From: a virus
Reading direction: 5' to 3' (one strand)
IMG/VR virus record: IMGVR_UViG_3300025876_000019
Span: 6,526 to 70,525 of that record
Length of the DNA stretch: 64,000 nucleotides
Position 1 is the stretch's first letter. Every line of letters begins with the position of its first letter. Shown here piece after piece: positions 29,201 to 38,187 of the stretch. The notes below the pieces were generated by a model, which saw nothing but the letters and a program-made list of their open reading frames with translations, was not told the origin of the DNA and did not search any database. A program made the translations under genes and the position numbers.

Positions 29201-30707
29201 CTACAAGCTGCTCAGCGGCCTTACGGTCGCCTTGGCGGGCCTTCTGGGCTAGTTCCTGTAGTGGCACGCCCTCTTCAGTTGTCTGGTCGCCGTAAAGCTC
29301 TTCGGTGTAAGCGTTAAATTCTGCCTCTGGGACAACGTTCTGTGCCAGCGCCATGTCTATTGCGCTCATGCCCTCGACTGGGTTCATGAACTTGCTTAGA
29401 GCTTTAGATGCGTCCGTAGTGGCAGAGATACCGCCACGAAAACCACCACCAAGGAACCCGCCAACTGCAAACTCCATCATTCGCTTGTTGAATTGCTCCT
29501 CTGTCCACAGCTCGCGTTCAGAATCATAAAAATGTGCAGCAAGCGCCTCCTTCAATTGCCCTTGAGCCGCTTCCGTTCCACCCTCGGTCAAGAAGCCTTT
29601 GGTAAATTCTTTGCCAAACTTCATTAGCCCAAATGACTTCACTAGGTCAGTGGTGCTTACCGCCTTATTTAGCTTAAATAGCTTCTTAAAGGTTCCCATT
29701 ACGCCAGCCTTTTCAAGAGCAGTTCCTCCAAGTACGTAAAGGCCCTTCATGTCTTCAAATCTAGCCATCTCTAGCATCGTGAAGTCCTCGTATTTCTTGC
29801 CGAATGTCTTCTCGGCATCTTTACGTGCCTCCTGCTCCATTTGTCCAGCCATCACTGCCATGCCAGCTGCTGGTGAAACTGCACCAATCGCAGCCTGTCC
29901 AATCAATTGACCACCTCCCTCCGCTAGTTGTCCAGTGAATGTCTCGCGAGTCTCAGGTAAAACCCCGAAAGAATCAGGAGAGACCTCCGCTACATCCGCA
30001 GCAAACTCAGAAACCATCCCAAGGACATCGCGACCAGCCTTCTCTGGCTCAGGCTCTTCAATCCCAATTACATTGCTTGTGAACTCCTTGAACCTGTCAA
30101 TTTCAGACTTCGCCATGCTAGTGAATCCAGCAATGCCACTCCATAGTGAACCACCAGCACCAGATCCAAGCGCCCTTACCCGTTGCCCGACGAACGAAGA
30201 CTCTTCTGGCTCTAATCTATCAAGACCCTCAGCTATTACCTTGCGGTCTTTAGCGATGCGTGTCTGTGAGCTTTCGTGGGTCTTTGTGTCGCCATCTCGG
30301 ATAGACTTGGCGTCTGCCACTGGATCACCTGAGAGTCCGTATGCCTTAGTCTTGTTTTCAAAGTCCTTGTAGATGCCGCGCTTGTTTTCGTCATACTTGC
30401 TGTTGAGGAAGTTAGCCACGAACACACGTGCGTTGCTAGGGTCGCTAATGTCTACGTCACTGAGTACGTGCCTAGAATTAAGGATCTTATTGACCTCTTT
30501 AGGTCGAGCTTGAATCGTAAGGGGAGTTCCCTCTTGCTGCCAGCCGCCTTCTGGCTTTGCCATTGGTGTCTGCCAGTCCTGTGGCTCCTCTGGTGCGCTC
30601 TCGATAGCTGGAACAATCTGTCCACGTGCATTAGGAAAGACCTTGTTCTGGTCTTCAGTTCTAGTGAGGTCTTGTGGAGAGAAGGCGTTTGAATTATCGG
30701 TTGGCAT
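23283..30707 (-). CDS. giant polyvalent internal virion protein with ADP-ribosyltransferase-like domain
   Basis: 2474 aa; TPAFKSWFGDSKVVDENGEPLVVYHGT...GYDGII...FDPTQIKSATDNRGTFDP; EEFAH zincin-like segment. Confidence 0.8.
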   Translation of the reverse strand: MPTDNSNAFSPQDLTRTEDQNKVFPNARGQIVPAIESAPEEPQDWQTPMAKPEGGWQQEGTPLTIQARPKEVNKILNSRHVLSDVDISDPSNARVFVANFLNSKYDENKRGIYKDFENKTKAYGLSGDPVADAKSIRDGDTKTHESSQTRIAKDRKVIAEGLDRLEPEESSFVGQRVRALGSGAGGSLWSGIAGFTSMAKSEIDRFKEFTSNVIGIEEPEPEKAGRDVLGMVSEFAADVAEVSPDSFGVLPETRETFTGQLAEGGGQLIGQAAIGAVSPAAGMAVMAGQMEQEARKDAEKTFGKKYEDFTMLEMARFEDMKGLYVLGGTALEKAGVMGTFKKLFKLNKAVSTTDLVKSFGLMKFGKEFTKGFLTEGGTEAAQGQLKEALAAHFYDSERELWTEEQFNKRMMEFAVGGFLGGGFRGGISATTDASKALSKFMNPVEGMSAIDMALAQNVVPEAEFNAYTEELYGDQTTEEGVPLQELAQKARQGDRKAAEQLVEAVTVEASRGAVEAGLTPEEAEARGKEAAEVADPIEPLVETPIDKEISAKKEELVALEGAEDSTPEDMKQYEKLDKEIQALEAKRVEEIVKGKIMTPFTRGVEAEKQRIEQARLDKADRELEEQDQVIDLINILSPLSVNTTVENMPELAAGGKAIIQGWKDAGFTKKEIEAKSKELMTAQGMPNTRLEDVVQRGSQKSTKTGGSPIQSLIKLFKGANPFTVVEEFAHAEYDRDIANGTITVEQVRAWRKAVEELTGTPDLRGETDEDVKEWVAEQVKARIYGQRNNLSLPESFLKFLDDIISKFKQILSRAKELQDLEASGQLPAGFLEMLDRQGLVGKPVGTPNTQTNAGISEQENIDRVETFQLEHKDPALGYTYSYDKDSDKWKQLIKDGYITTDKTLEDFEGKIIFLHQPDGAFSGQLKHGDEVLVEGKGGVFYPIKFHEGGYFWASTENAAIGMAESLNKILEENDGTIYMALTSAPVEKLLSSTTMSNAVMDFFVAKANNSEIKINKSETQNAIIEAANAKTTKKVKDPLTDEVTIKEESLGVDLKKGDSFIENLKKIRAALSPEESNFAARKAFSLGMIARMADIINAPAIAAKEKSAKKVKELRESLTSPAEVKERKQGLTPAEKRILVAEVKAENLRIREAIKEEKKSAEEGIDAVKQMAQFFTEGTANEYFKGKSKTGKLSISAANMKQALSDMLSEPLVKPFQAKENQGGFVYAVLEMSGEVEAVKSKQHESYPMAIKSATGSKTKLHILKDSPHWSSVFEDPTTGEVVNQNPTYVGPNAKGENVEKSRLLELYPTSGVSIGGMKVNTKSVDPTYSLEAPDTPAFKSWFGDSKVVDENGEPLVVYHGTGEDFDTFDIGLGSTATGAKNGKLGAFFTTFEDQASLYAGARGWIYDVYLSIKNPIILKGKEFESDASESLNEKASEFHGKKLSEITEGDFVEYRDSLIAQGYDGIIVNLYNGERNYITFDPTQIKSATDNRGTFDPNDPRINYSLEPLSEQDADAEATVAAEERQSRTSERQAFIDYQRELRRTQLDNTEEEKEKLQKLLQLATDADEIEALKQAGDEKIIRVVEQKVKQIRKQAAEREDVTESVKALERLINSPEVPMEVRARMRGFGRLVERKTLQGKARWVEQMANKLEAEIDRHYRTRNVRTLRSLLRPFATEYAPNRRKLRERVGEEARAELNFAQRLLNNSEATPPEGITDERRDELIDIFGDVGNRQSNPTRVKAALEIAGSIAKGGRTSRDEFKEDRRQRNEQVGDLVREEVLSGEQAMGKSQIAAREKQRGRLRRGFDYIRSRLIRGMEGFQQQLNKMDSVKGGILEDLFLPAVYQADQNEKALNREHVERVNEDFKTVLGTDDKVAASWYENSHELHDTDIEWIEDKAIGMEKRTISKQQGVALFMQWLDPSLRSTFSNMGINEATIEQIKEFIGEIGVSEAYYFRERYAEMGIRLNAKHMEVEGIPLDMIDGYGGRARRINSVGSRQEDMQMFSTNASGRPTVKSGSMKERTNSTDYLIFRDASADFSAHAKEVNHYISHAELAKNLSAAFLNNARARNAITQKHGADFYESLRDQVEAIIEGDPKITNKTDRDWNRIRSNVTKAQLMAKPAILIKQLTSAPAFVEEIGPVAYAKAAASLTRNARKFMPMIWNSEYVKNRMSNSQFADIQQQLDQRDNTLKGLRWDDYAMMNVKWGDIGAVIAGGAPVYVHAYNEAKAAGMTNDQAQAKAEEVFGLASERAQQSSATHAKGAFLRGKGAARTWFMYLTSPLQYQRNVNTGIANLVANVFEKKAGRKSDVKKAANQALRAIVIYHVLLPQIFQAVASGLVGFTDDEDYIKEQFWAKQRRALYAGNLNAIPLAGQLITVLANLAAGTGESWDSSGSPIIDLVGEIKQDFEKAVKNGDDLSAWLELSSSAGLAAGIPVKTINNYYDAITDISEGNTEHPFLRAGGWSKWSIFED

Positions 30708-32373
30708 TTTTTAAGATTATCGCTTCGTTTGTTTCGTCCTTAATCGGTTGCGTAAGCTTCTCAATTTTCTCCTGAATGTCAACAGGTGAGGGATTCGGAT
30801 TAATCGAACTCCACTGCTTTAAGTCTTGCTCGATCTCCGCGTAGTATGGTGCTGCGTCGATGTATTCGTTGACCATTAACTTCTGCTCTTGGAAAGCGTC
30901 ATTTACTGAGCGATACATGCTCTTTACCGAGTCTGGCATTGGTATGTCCTTCTCAAAACCACTGGGTCGCCAAGTGTCGGTAATCCCCATGATGGCGGTC
31001 TCGCCCTCAAGGGACGATTGAAATGCGTTCATGGCGTTTCTCTTCGCCTCGCGGCCTAGTGCTGGAGACCAGTCGCCGTCCTTTACGCGCTTGTTGGCTT
31101 CATCTAAAAAGTCCGTAAACATCTCCTGTGACATACTGCCCTCTAGCTGGGCATTTGTAACCTCCCTGTTAAAGTTACCCACAGAAGCAACCCCACCAGA
31201 GGATGTGGCTTTTGACGCTGCCTTCCAAAGATTGCCGTCCTCTTTAACCTGCTTTGCCGAGTCGTACAGTGAGACCGTCTCGGTCAACTGCTTCGTAAGC
31301 TTAGAACCGCCGACCATGGATAGTCCGTCTTTGGAGTCATCGTTAGTCGCATCTGATACGGCCACTGGGTCGTACATACCTTTCTTCGCGTCTGCAATAA
31401 GGCTCTTCTGTGTTGACTGTTGAGCCTTGAGGATCTTGTCCGTCCCAGACTTGCTTTGGGACTTTAGCACGGTCTTTTGATTTGCGGTAAGATACTTGTT
31501 TGCTGTGATTTGCTCGTTAAATTCCTTCCAGCCAGCCTCGGTGTCAGTGTTCTGCCCGATAAGCTTGAGCGAATTAAATGACCCGTTTGCTAGGGTTTTC
31601 TTCTTTTGAACTGTTCTTTCATCCTTGGTGTATAGGCTGCTAAGGCTGTCAATAACTTCTTCTGCTCCAGCAAAGTTTCCTTCACCAGCCATAACCTCTG
31701 CCCTCAGAACCTTGTTGGCGTCCTGCATCTCAAATGCTTTGATTTCGATGGATGCCTTGTTAGCGGCTGTGGTAGCCTCGTCCTGCGCTCCAGCAGCAAA
31801 TAGTGCGTCCTGATCCCGCTTAAGGTTGCTAAGTGCAGCAGCGTCCTCTGGGTTTGCCTTTAATTGAGCAGCATACACTCCCGACGACATATTAATGTTG
31901 CTGACGTTGACCGCTTGATCGTACACCACACCCTGCCTAGCTGAGTAGGTTGCACCGTCATTCGCAAATGCGTCTGTAGCTAGCTGCATATCACGCGCAA
32001 CTGTCCGATGGTTTTGGTTGCGGATGTTTTTACCCGACCAGCCAGTCCACTCTGAGTTATATCGGTCGTTGATTTTCTTAACCTCTCCAGCCCTGTCGAT
32101 GCCTTTACCTACTGGGATATTGGCTATCTCACCGTCACGCTTTGCTTTAAGCTGGTCGAGCATAGCCCCGCCTGCGATCATGTCAGAGTCATACTGCTTC
32201 TGGATGTGGCCTTGATATATCTCGTTGGCAGTCCCAACAACCTTGCCGACCGTAGCCGTCATCTGCTGGTCTGCTTGGGCCATGATGGCATCTGCCTGTA
32301 GCGTGCGGTCGTTTACCTTCCGAACCCGTGGTGCTGCTACGGGATTGACTGCGAAATTGTGGGGTATTTTCAT
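30694..32373 (-). CDS. internal virion protein (gp15-like position)
   Basis: helical ~560 aa; MKIPHNF start follows the upstream stop. Confidence 0.65.
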   Translation of the reverse strand: MKIPHNFAVNPVAAPRVRKVNDRTLQADAIMAQADQQMTATVGKVVGTANEIYQGHIQKQYDSDMIAGGAMLDQLKAKRDGEIANIPVGKGIDRAGEVKKINDRYNSEWTGWSGKNIRNQNHRTVARDMQLATDAFANDGATYSARQGVVYDQAVNVSNINMSSGVYAAQLKANPEDAAALSNLKRDQDALFAAGAQDEATTAANKASIEIKAFEMQDANKVLRAEVMAGEGNFAGAEEVIDSLSSLYTKDERTVQKKKTLANGSFNSLKLIGQNTDTEAGWKEFNEQITANKYLTANQKTVLKSQSKSGTDKILKAQQSTQKSLIADAKKGMYDPVAVSDATNDDSKDGLSMVGGSKLTKQLTETVSLYDSAKQVKEDGNLWKAASKATSSGGVASVGNFNREVTNAQLEGSMSQEMFTDFLDEANKRVKDGDWSPALGREAKRNAMNAFQSSLEGETAIMGITDTWRPSGFEKDIPMPDSVKSMYRSVNDAFQEQKLMVNEYIDAAPYYAEIEQDLKQWSSINPNPSPVDIQEKIEKLTQPIKDETNEAIILKNANR

Positions 32374-32374
32374 G

Positions 32375-33112
32375 TTAGCGAAGTTTGAAGAGGCTTGGGC
32401 CGAATGCACTTGTGGGCTTATATGTTTTAGCAGTGTTGCCTAATATCGATGTCGGTGTCATCATGCCGAAACTGGCAGTCTGCCCGAATGATGCTGCTGA
32501 ACTTGTAGCGCCGAACCCAGCAAGTGAGCTGTTGGCAGCCATACCGACGCTAGAGCTTGCTCCTGTCACTGAACCAGCGGTTGAAGCTGTGTTGAAGGCT
32601 GTACTGCCAGTTGTAGCAGCACCCGATGACAACCCAGCAACACCAGTGCCAGCATTCGCCGCCGTTTGAACGAGTTGCATAATAGCCTTTTGCTTTGCTG
32701 CATACTTAGTGGACTTGGCTAAATAGATCGATGACTTGTAGTCCTCGCTGGCTTTCCATCTGTCCTGCGCTCTTTGGTTGCCGCCCGCCACGTGGATGTT
32801 CTGGACGTTGGCTTCCTGCACCACACGCTGCTTGACTAGCACGTCAGCCGCAGAACCCTCCATAAGAACACCGCTGCCAGCGTAGGCTGCCTCCTGCATT
32901 GCACGTAGGCGGCGGTTCTCCTTGCGCTCTGCTGTGGCTACACGCCCCTCTGCCTGAGCGTCTAGCTCCATCTGGCGTGCCGCTGCGTCACGGTCAACCT
33001 TAGCTTGATCCTCGATTCCCTTGGCGGTTGCCTTGCCCTGTTCGTTTGTTTGATGAGCGCCATACACCCCTACTGCTGCCGTTACGGCTATTGCTGTTAC
33101 CATGAAACTCAT
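32375..33112 (-). CDS. internal virion protein (T7 gp14-like)
   Basis: hydrophobic N-terminus, Q.AAYAGSGV..EGSA.DV motif. Confidence 0.7.
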   Translation of the reverse strand: MSFMVTAIAVTAAVGVYGAHQTNEQGKATAKGIEDQAKVDRDAAARQMELDAQAEGRVATAERKENRRLRAMQEAAYAGSGVLMEGSAADVLVKQRVVQEANVQNIHVAGGNQRAQDRWKASEDYKSSIYLAKSTKYAAKQKAIMQLVQTAANAGTGVAGLSSGAATTGSTAFNTASTAGSVTGASSSVGMAANSSLAGFGATSSAASFGQTASFGMMTPTSILGNTAKTYKPTSAFGPSLFKLR

Positions 33113-33522
33113 GTTAATATTTTCTCCTTTTGTGATTCTGTGATTGCGACATCCTTGATGACGTATCGACTCTCAAGAGTTTCGATGTCGGTCTCGTTGT
33201 CAGTGTTTGAGTGGACGGTTTGCCAAATGCAGTCCTCTAGGACGTTCACGATCTTCTGTGACCCTGCCCCTGAGACGAACGTGCATGGCGCTGTAAGCTC
33301 CTCTACGACGTCCCCGATCATTACGCGACACTTACCCTTCAGTATCACGTTGAAGTGCTCTGTGAGGTGTTTATGTCCAATTACGACGGTGTCTGCTGGC
33401 ATGAATATTTCGCGGATATAGATGTCAGGCGCGAAGTTGTGAGTGACGGGGCATTCTACCTGCGGATGCTCCATGAACTCCTTTGTTATACCTTCGATGT
33501 ATGGGATGTCTAGTGTCTGCAT
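33109..33522 (-). CDS. cupin-fold phage protein
   Basis: H.FAP.IYIREI.MPA...V.GH.H..EH.N.IL.G...AP..F.S..G..K...W.TVH.N. Confidence 0.75.
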   Translation of the reverse strand: MQTLDIPYIEGITKEFMEHPQVECPVTHNFAPDIYIREIFMPADTVVIGHKHLTEHFNVILKGKCRVMIGDVVEELTAPCTFVSGAGSQKIVNVLEDCIWQTVHSNTDNETDIETLESRYVIKDVAITESQKEKILT

Positions 33523-36401
33523 TATCCTTGTGAAATTCCTAGTCGATAACCTAAGCCCGTAAGTGTGAAATGTCTATGCCCATCAATTGTGATGTTGACG
33601 TCCAGACCCTGCTCGTAATCGCCACCAGTAGTAAGTTCAAACAGCCCGCTTTCACGTTGACCTGCGACCCACTTGACTCCGTCGGTGAACGGTGATGGCT
33701 TGCCGTTGATCTTAACTGTGCAAGTTCCAGAGTCTAGTAGATACATACCCAGCTCCGTCAAACGCTTCACCATGCCACTAGGGGCCACCTCAGAGATGTC
33801 CGTAGGGTTCACGCGACACTCGATACGTCTGCCGATGCAAACGTCTCCCGTGAGCTGTGAGGGGATCGTAAGCACGCCACCTGCGATGGTGTAGTCAACG
33901 TCCCTGACCAGCTCTGCGTCGTCCAAAATCACGACCAACTTGCCGTCGTCGTCTTGCTCGATTGTTTGGCCGAGGTCGAAGTTGGCGTCAGTCCATGTGG
34001 TCTGGTTGTCTAAGAACACTGTGCCAGCGTCAACTTCACCGAACTTCTCTAGGAAGTAGCTGCCATTACGCTCTACGACGCCAGCGATGATGTCGCCAGT
34101 GTCAGAGTAGTTTGCGGCAGCCGAAATAATGTTGCCCTCAGTCTTGACCGTAGCCCATGCTCGAACCTCTTGCATTCCCTCGTAAGTGAGAACCGCCCCT
34201 GTGCCGTTATTCAGCAAGCAGAAGAGCGAGTTAAACGGATGGCGACGGAAGCTCATCTCCTTAATGCCACTGTCGGTAATGTGAGACGCAAACAGGCTCA
34301 TCTCAATGGACTGCTGCCCGTCAGATGCAAAGTCATACTTAGATGCACGAACCCGCTCACCCTGACCCATCACGAACCAGATCATGTCTGCAAGCTGAAT
34401 GGCTTGTGTCTCATTGGAGCCGTAGTTGGTGTGGCTGGACACGCTGATGTTTGTAACTGAGGTAACAGCGTTGTCGTCCCGCGAACCCATCGTGTTTTCA
34501 GCGTTGTCTGTAAGGACGTTTAACTGACGCGAACTTTTTAGGCTCCGAATCGTGTCAAATGAATCAGACGCAATAGTAAAAGTGTATGGGGAGGTCTCCA
34601 GAGATCCCTCAAAGAAGTTGTCCCACTCGTTTACCTTCGAGGCGTAGACCGTGTTTGGCTTAACCTGACAACCGCCAAGCGCCAGCCGCTCGTCGTGGAT
34701 TGTTAGCGAGAACGGATACCCGCTGGTGTCACTGAAAGCGCCCAATGCCCAACTACCCTCGGATCGTGGGGATGCAATTGGTGTCAATGGCTGTGCCGTT
34801 ACATTATTGGCGTCTATAAATCCAATGATTTTAAAGACCTCATACGCAGTTCCCTCGGTGGAAAGCGTCCATAGGCACTTTTTTTTGTCGCCAGTTGTAG
34901 CAACGGTATAATCAATCAACTTAACCCTCACTAAACTATTTGGGTCGCTAATTTCCCTGTCTATACTTCCATTTGAAGTGCCATCTACTGAGATAATTTC
35001 ACCGATAGTCTCCCAACTTACACCAGTGTTCTTTGATTCTTGCAACTGAAGCCTTCCACTCCAACTTCCACCCTCTGTTTTCAGTGTCACCGATGAAGTT
35101 GCTACGATTGATGCTGCCGTTTCATTGGCTACATATTCACCTGAAGTTCCATCTTTATTATCAACCTTCATCCTCACCTGCCTATTGACGTCGGTAGGCT
35201 GGAAAATGCCAGAGTCTGATTTGATATTAACCTCACTTGAGTATCTATCCAAGATTTCCCAGTAAGCGGTGTTGTTGATTAGGATTCCAGAAGAAGCAGG
35301 AACCGCTTGCTGGCACGCATAGAAATTTCCGTAATCTTCAATTTTCCAGAACTGGCCGTTGGTGCTTGTTACAGTGGGTAAAGTGCCGCCAGCATCTACT
35401 TGAATATAAATGTCCGACCAAAAGAAATTAACATTATATTCCGTTGCGGATGAATACTCACCCTGTATTTCACCAGTATTTGCCTGTTCGCCAGTTGCGT
35501 AGTATTTGCAACCTACGCCACCTGACAAAATCATTCCTTTAGTGAAAAACTTATCACCTTTTGACAATCCATGACCATTCACACCCTGTCTAAGATAATA
35601 AACATTACTTGGGAGCGATCCGCTTATGTAGGCTCTGTCGAAATAAGGATACCCATACGTGCTTGTGTATGGCTTTGACGGCCCTTCATCAAACACAGAT
35701 TCACCAACTTCATACGCAGCTTCGCTGTCCCACAGTGGAGCGGAAGTCGTGAGCTTATCCTGTAAGTTGATGTTTGGGTCTAAAAACGGCCCTCCGTTTA
35801 TCTCCCACTCCTCAATTTTCCAGCGGTTGCCGCCCTCCTCTTTATCGAAGAACCTGTTGATTGTCTGCACAGGATACTTGCCGCCGCACGTCAGGTAGAC
35901 GAAGTCGTTGACGTTAATAAAGTGCATCTCATGCAAGTCAACAGGGTCGTAGATAGTGGTGGCCATTGCCACAATGCCCTGCGTTGAAAGCGTTGAAGGC
36001 CCAGCTATGGTCGTTCCGTCAAGCGTTAAAGGCAATGCACTGAAAGGGGCTGTGTTACCGTCAAAGATAACTTGAGTGCCTAGCTCGTCGAAGATGATAA
36101 GATCCGCAGTAGTTGGGTCTGTTGACTCTGAGCCACTGCCGTCTGTAAAAATAATGTGAAAAACCTCGGTGAGCGAGAACTTAAAAGGGATGTATCGGAC
36201 AGGACACCCGTAGAGTTCGTGGTCAATCTTTGATAGAACCTCAAACGGAGGACGACGTGTCACCGCACCGTATGGCGTCGGGATCATGTTGGTCAGGTGC
36301 TTGCAGCCCTTTACATATGCAGCTAAGTCGTCCCGATAGTGAAGCTCTGGCGATAACTCACCAGCGTTAAAGGACTTGCGAATGAGTTGAGTTTTAGCCA
36401 T
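33522..36401 (-). CDS. tail nozzle (tail tubular protein B)
   Basis: SFNAGELSP.L..R.DL..Y..G, G...RRP, GYP.....H..RL..GG. Confidence 0.9.
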   Translation of the reverse strand: MAKTQLIRKSFNAGELSPELHYRDDLAAYVKGCKHLTNMIPTPYGAVTRRPPFEVLSKIDHELYGCPVRYIPFKFSLTEVFHIIFTDGSGSESTDPTTADLIIFDELGTQVIFDGNTAPFSALPLTLDGTTIAGPSTLSTQGIVAMATTIYDPVDLHEMHFINVNDFVYLTCGGKYPVQTINRFFDKEEGGNRWKIEEWEINGGPFLDPNINLQDKLTTSAPLWDSEAAYEVGESVFDEGPSKPYTSTYGYPYFDRAYISGSLPSNVYYLRQGVNGHGLSKGDKFFTKGMILSGGVGCKYYATGEQANTGEIQGEYSSATEYNVNFFWSDIYIQVDAGGTLPTVTSTNGQFWKIEDYGNFYACQQAVPASSGILINNTAYWEILDRYSSEVNIKSDSGIFQPTDVNRQVRMKVDNKDGTSGEYVANETAASIVATSSVTLKTEGGSWSGRLQLQESKNTGVSWETIGEIISVDGTSNGSIDREISDPNSLVRVKLIDYTVATTGDKKKCLWTLSTEGTAYEVFKIIGFIDANNVTAQPLTPIASPRSEGSWALGAFSDTSGYPFSLTIHDERLALGGCQVKPNTVYASKVNEWDNFFEGSLETSPYTFTIASDSFDTIRSLKSSRQLNVLTDNAENTMGSRDDNAVTSVTNISVSSHTNYGSNETQAIQLADMIWFVMGQGERVRASKYDFASDGQQSIEMSLFASHITDSGIKEMSFRRHPFNSLFCLLNNGTGAVLTYEGMQEVRAWATVKTEGNIISAAANYSDTGDIIAGVVERNGSYFLEKFGEVDAGTVFLDNQTTWTDANFDLGQTIEQDDDGKLVVILDDAELVRDVDYTIAGGVLTIPSQLTGDVCIGRRIECRVNPTDISEVAPSGMVKRLTELGMYLLDSGTCTVKINGKPSPFTDGVKWVAGQRESGLFELTTGGDYEQGLDVNITIDGHRHFTLTGLGYRLGISQG

Positions 36402-37018
36402 TATCCAATGCGTGCGCGTAAGTTACTAAAGCCAGATGGCAAATGGCGGTTGTAGTTCCGAGCGTATTTGCTCTGAAGCTCGCGTGCCTTAGGTAGTGTA
36501 AGTTGTAGTAGGTCTCCACGTAACTGATCTAGAAGCATCTGATTGTCAGTGACTAAGAAGCATGATCGCATTGCAATGCAGAGCGCAACGCACTCCTCAA
36601 GCTCAGATGACCACTTAGTCGGGTCGTCTTCACGTCGGACAAAAAACAGCTCAACTGGCTCGGTTGTGTCAAATGTTACCTTAAGTTCTTGACCTTCAAC
36701 GTCATAACGCATTTGCTGTTGAGCGCCTAGCCACGTAGTTGGCTGACCTAAGTCTACCTTAGCCCCCATTGGCCGCAGACAGTCGTCTGGAATCGTGTAT
36801 GCATAATCATCTCCAACAACCTTGGTCAAGGCACGTGTCGTCAAAAGCTCTTTCCAGAGGTAGTCACGCTGCATCTTGTCGATAGATAACAGCATAAACC
36901 GCTTTGCTTTGTCGGCTGCGGTGGAGTTCGTGGTGTTATAATCCGTAACTGGGTCAACTCCGAGCATACCCAGAGCGATGTTGAGGATGTCGAGTAAAGT
37001 TGTTGAGCGTCCTTGCAT
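36401..37018 (-). CDS. head-tail adaptor (tail tubular protein A)
   Basis: I.NIAL..LG, Y.W, YAY.IPDDCLR, Y.VEG..L. Confidence 0.85.
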   Translation of the reverse strand: MQGRSTTLLDILNIALGMLGVDPVTDYNTTNSTAADKAKRFMLLSIDKMQRDYLWKELLTTRALTKVVGDDYAYTIPDDCLRPMGAKVDLGQPTTWLGAQQQMRYDVEGQELKVTFDTTEPVELFFVRREDDPTKWSSELEECVALCIAMRSCFLVTDNQMLLDQLRGDLLQLTLPKARELQSKYARNYNRHLPSGFSNLRARIG

Positions 37019-37057
37019 TTAACGAATGTGTTGACTTTATGCCCCTTTGGCAATAGC

Positions 37058-37091
37058 GCAAAAAAAGCACCACCCGCGAGGATGGTGCTTA
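37058..37091 (-). terminator. intrinsic terminator after capsid gene B
   Basis: AAGCACCA/TGGTGCTT stem with T-run on minus strand. Confidence 0.7.
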
Positions 37092-37106
37092 GTTTAAGGA
37101 ATAAGA

Positions 37107-38021
37107 CTAGGCAACTTTGATAGTGCCGTGAACCACACCGAAGTCATCGTTACGGACAGCATTCACGTCTTGCGAAGTGTAGAGCTGTGTAGCGAAACGC
37201 TGTGTAGGCAAGATGTCTAGCTCAGCTGTGCGAGGAGCCCAAGTGTTGCAAGTGATTGCACGTTGGCAGAACGCAAAGAACTGACCAACAGGTACTTGAG
37301 GAACCACCAAAATGGTGAAGCTTTCAGCCTTCTCGACAACACCGTCAGCGAGAGCGCCCAAACGTCCGATAAAGTCGGAATTTTGGAAGTAATCACGGTT
37401 GTTGTTTTTCATCGCAGCAGCGGTGAGAGGGTTAACGCAGAGGTATTTCTCGTCGTTAACATACTCGTCGCGGAACGTAGCATCGATGTTAGCCAAGTCA
37501 TCAGGGGAGATGTAACCAACATTACCTGTTGTGTACTCCTGAGACGCTGGCATTGCAACGGCTGCTTTGTCACCAACTTCGTTTAGTTCACGAAGAACTG
37601 TAGGAGCGAGTGCTGCTTGGATCGCAAGGAGGTCTTCCTGCTTGTAGATCGCGGAGGCGAGGCTCATCATAGTCGGGGACTTGATGTCGATAGCACGCAG
37701 AAGATCATCCTTTTTAGGGATGTTATCAGCAGCTTCGATAGTCTTGCACGACACGTAGGAACCTTGCTTAGTAGAGCCAGTGTAAGGAGTCTGGATGCTG
37801 TACCACTCCGCGAAGTCGGGAGTAGTTACATCACGACGTGATGGAAGGGACTGAGTGGCTGTGACTGTTGCATCATTGGCTTTAAGGCCGTCGATACGAA
37901 CAGAGTCGCCGTGTTTAGTCTCTTGCGAGAACATTTTCATTAGAACGGGCGCTGTTGGTAGCCCGATGAGTTCAGCTACATTGTCGCTGAATGCCTGACG
38001 ATAGATTTGTGGATCTGCCAT
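37107..38021 (-). CDS. major capsid protein (phage B)
   Basis: 304 aa upstream of adaptor, followed by terminator; Q+Y.S....AVR C-terminus. Confidence 0.8.
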   Translation of the reverse strand: MADPQIYRQAFSDNVAELIGLPTAPVLMKMFSQETKHGDSVRIDGLKANDATVTATQSLPSRRDVTTPDFAEWYSIQTPYTGSTKQGSYVSCKTIEAADNIPKKDDLLRAIDIKSPTMMSLASAIYKQEDLLAIQAALAPTVLRELNEVGDKAAVAMPASQEYTTGNVGYISPDDLANIDATFRDEYVNDEKYLCVNPLTAAAMKNNNRDYFQNSDFIGRLGALADGVVEKAESFTILVVPQVPVGQFFAFCQRAITCNTWAPRTAELDILPTQRFATQLYTSQDVNAVRNDDFGVVHGTIKVA

Positions 38022-38187
38022 AATATTTTATTTCCTGAATTAAGTTGGATTGTGGGTTTCTTTCGCACAGTTATCCTTAATCAGAAAGGGCAGATGCTAC
38101 AGGCAACTTAGGGCAGTAAAGTTCTCCCAAGTCGCGTTGTTGCAGCTATTTATACATACCACTATCGGGTACGCAAATCATACTTTT

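Noticed and set aside
23386-31813. Many 60-216-aa plus-strand ORFs opposite the virion genes
   Set aside because: Ser/Leu-rich antisense shadows without motifs or initiation signals
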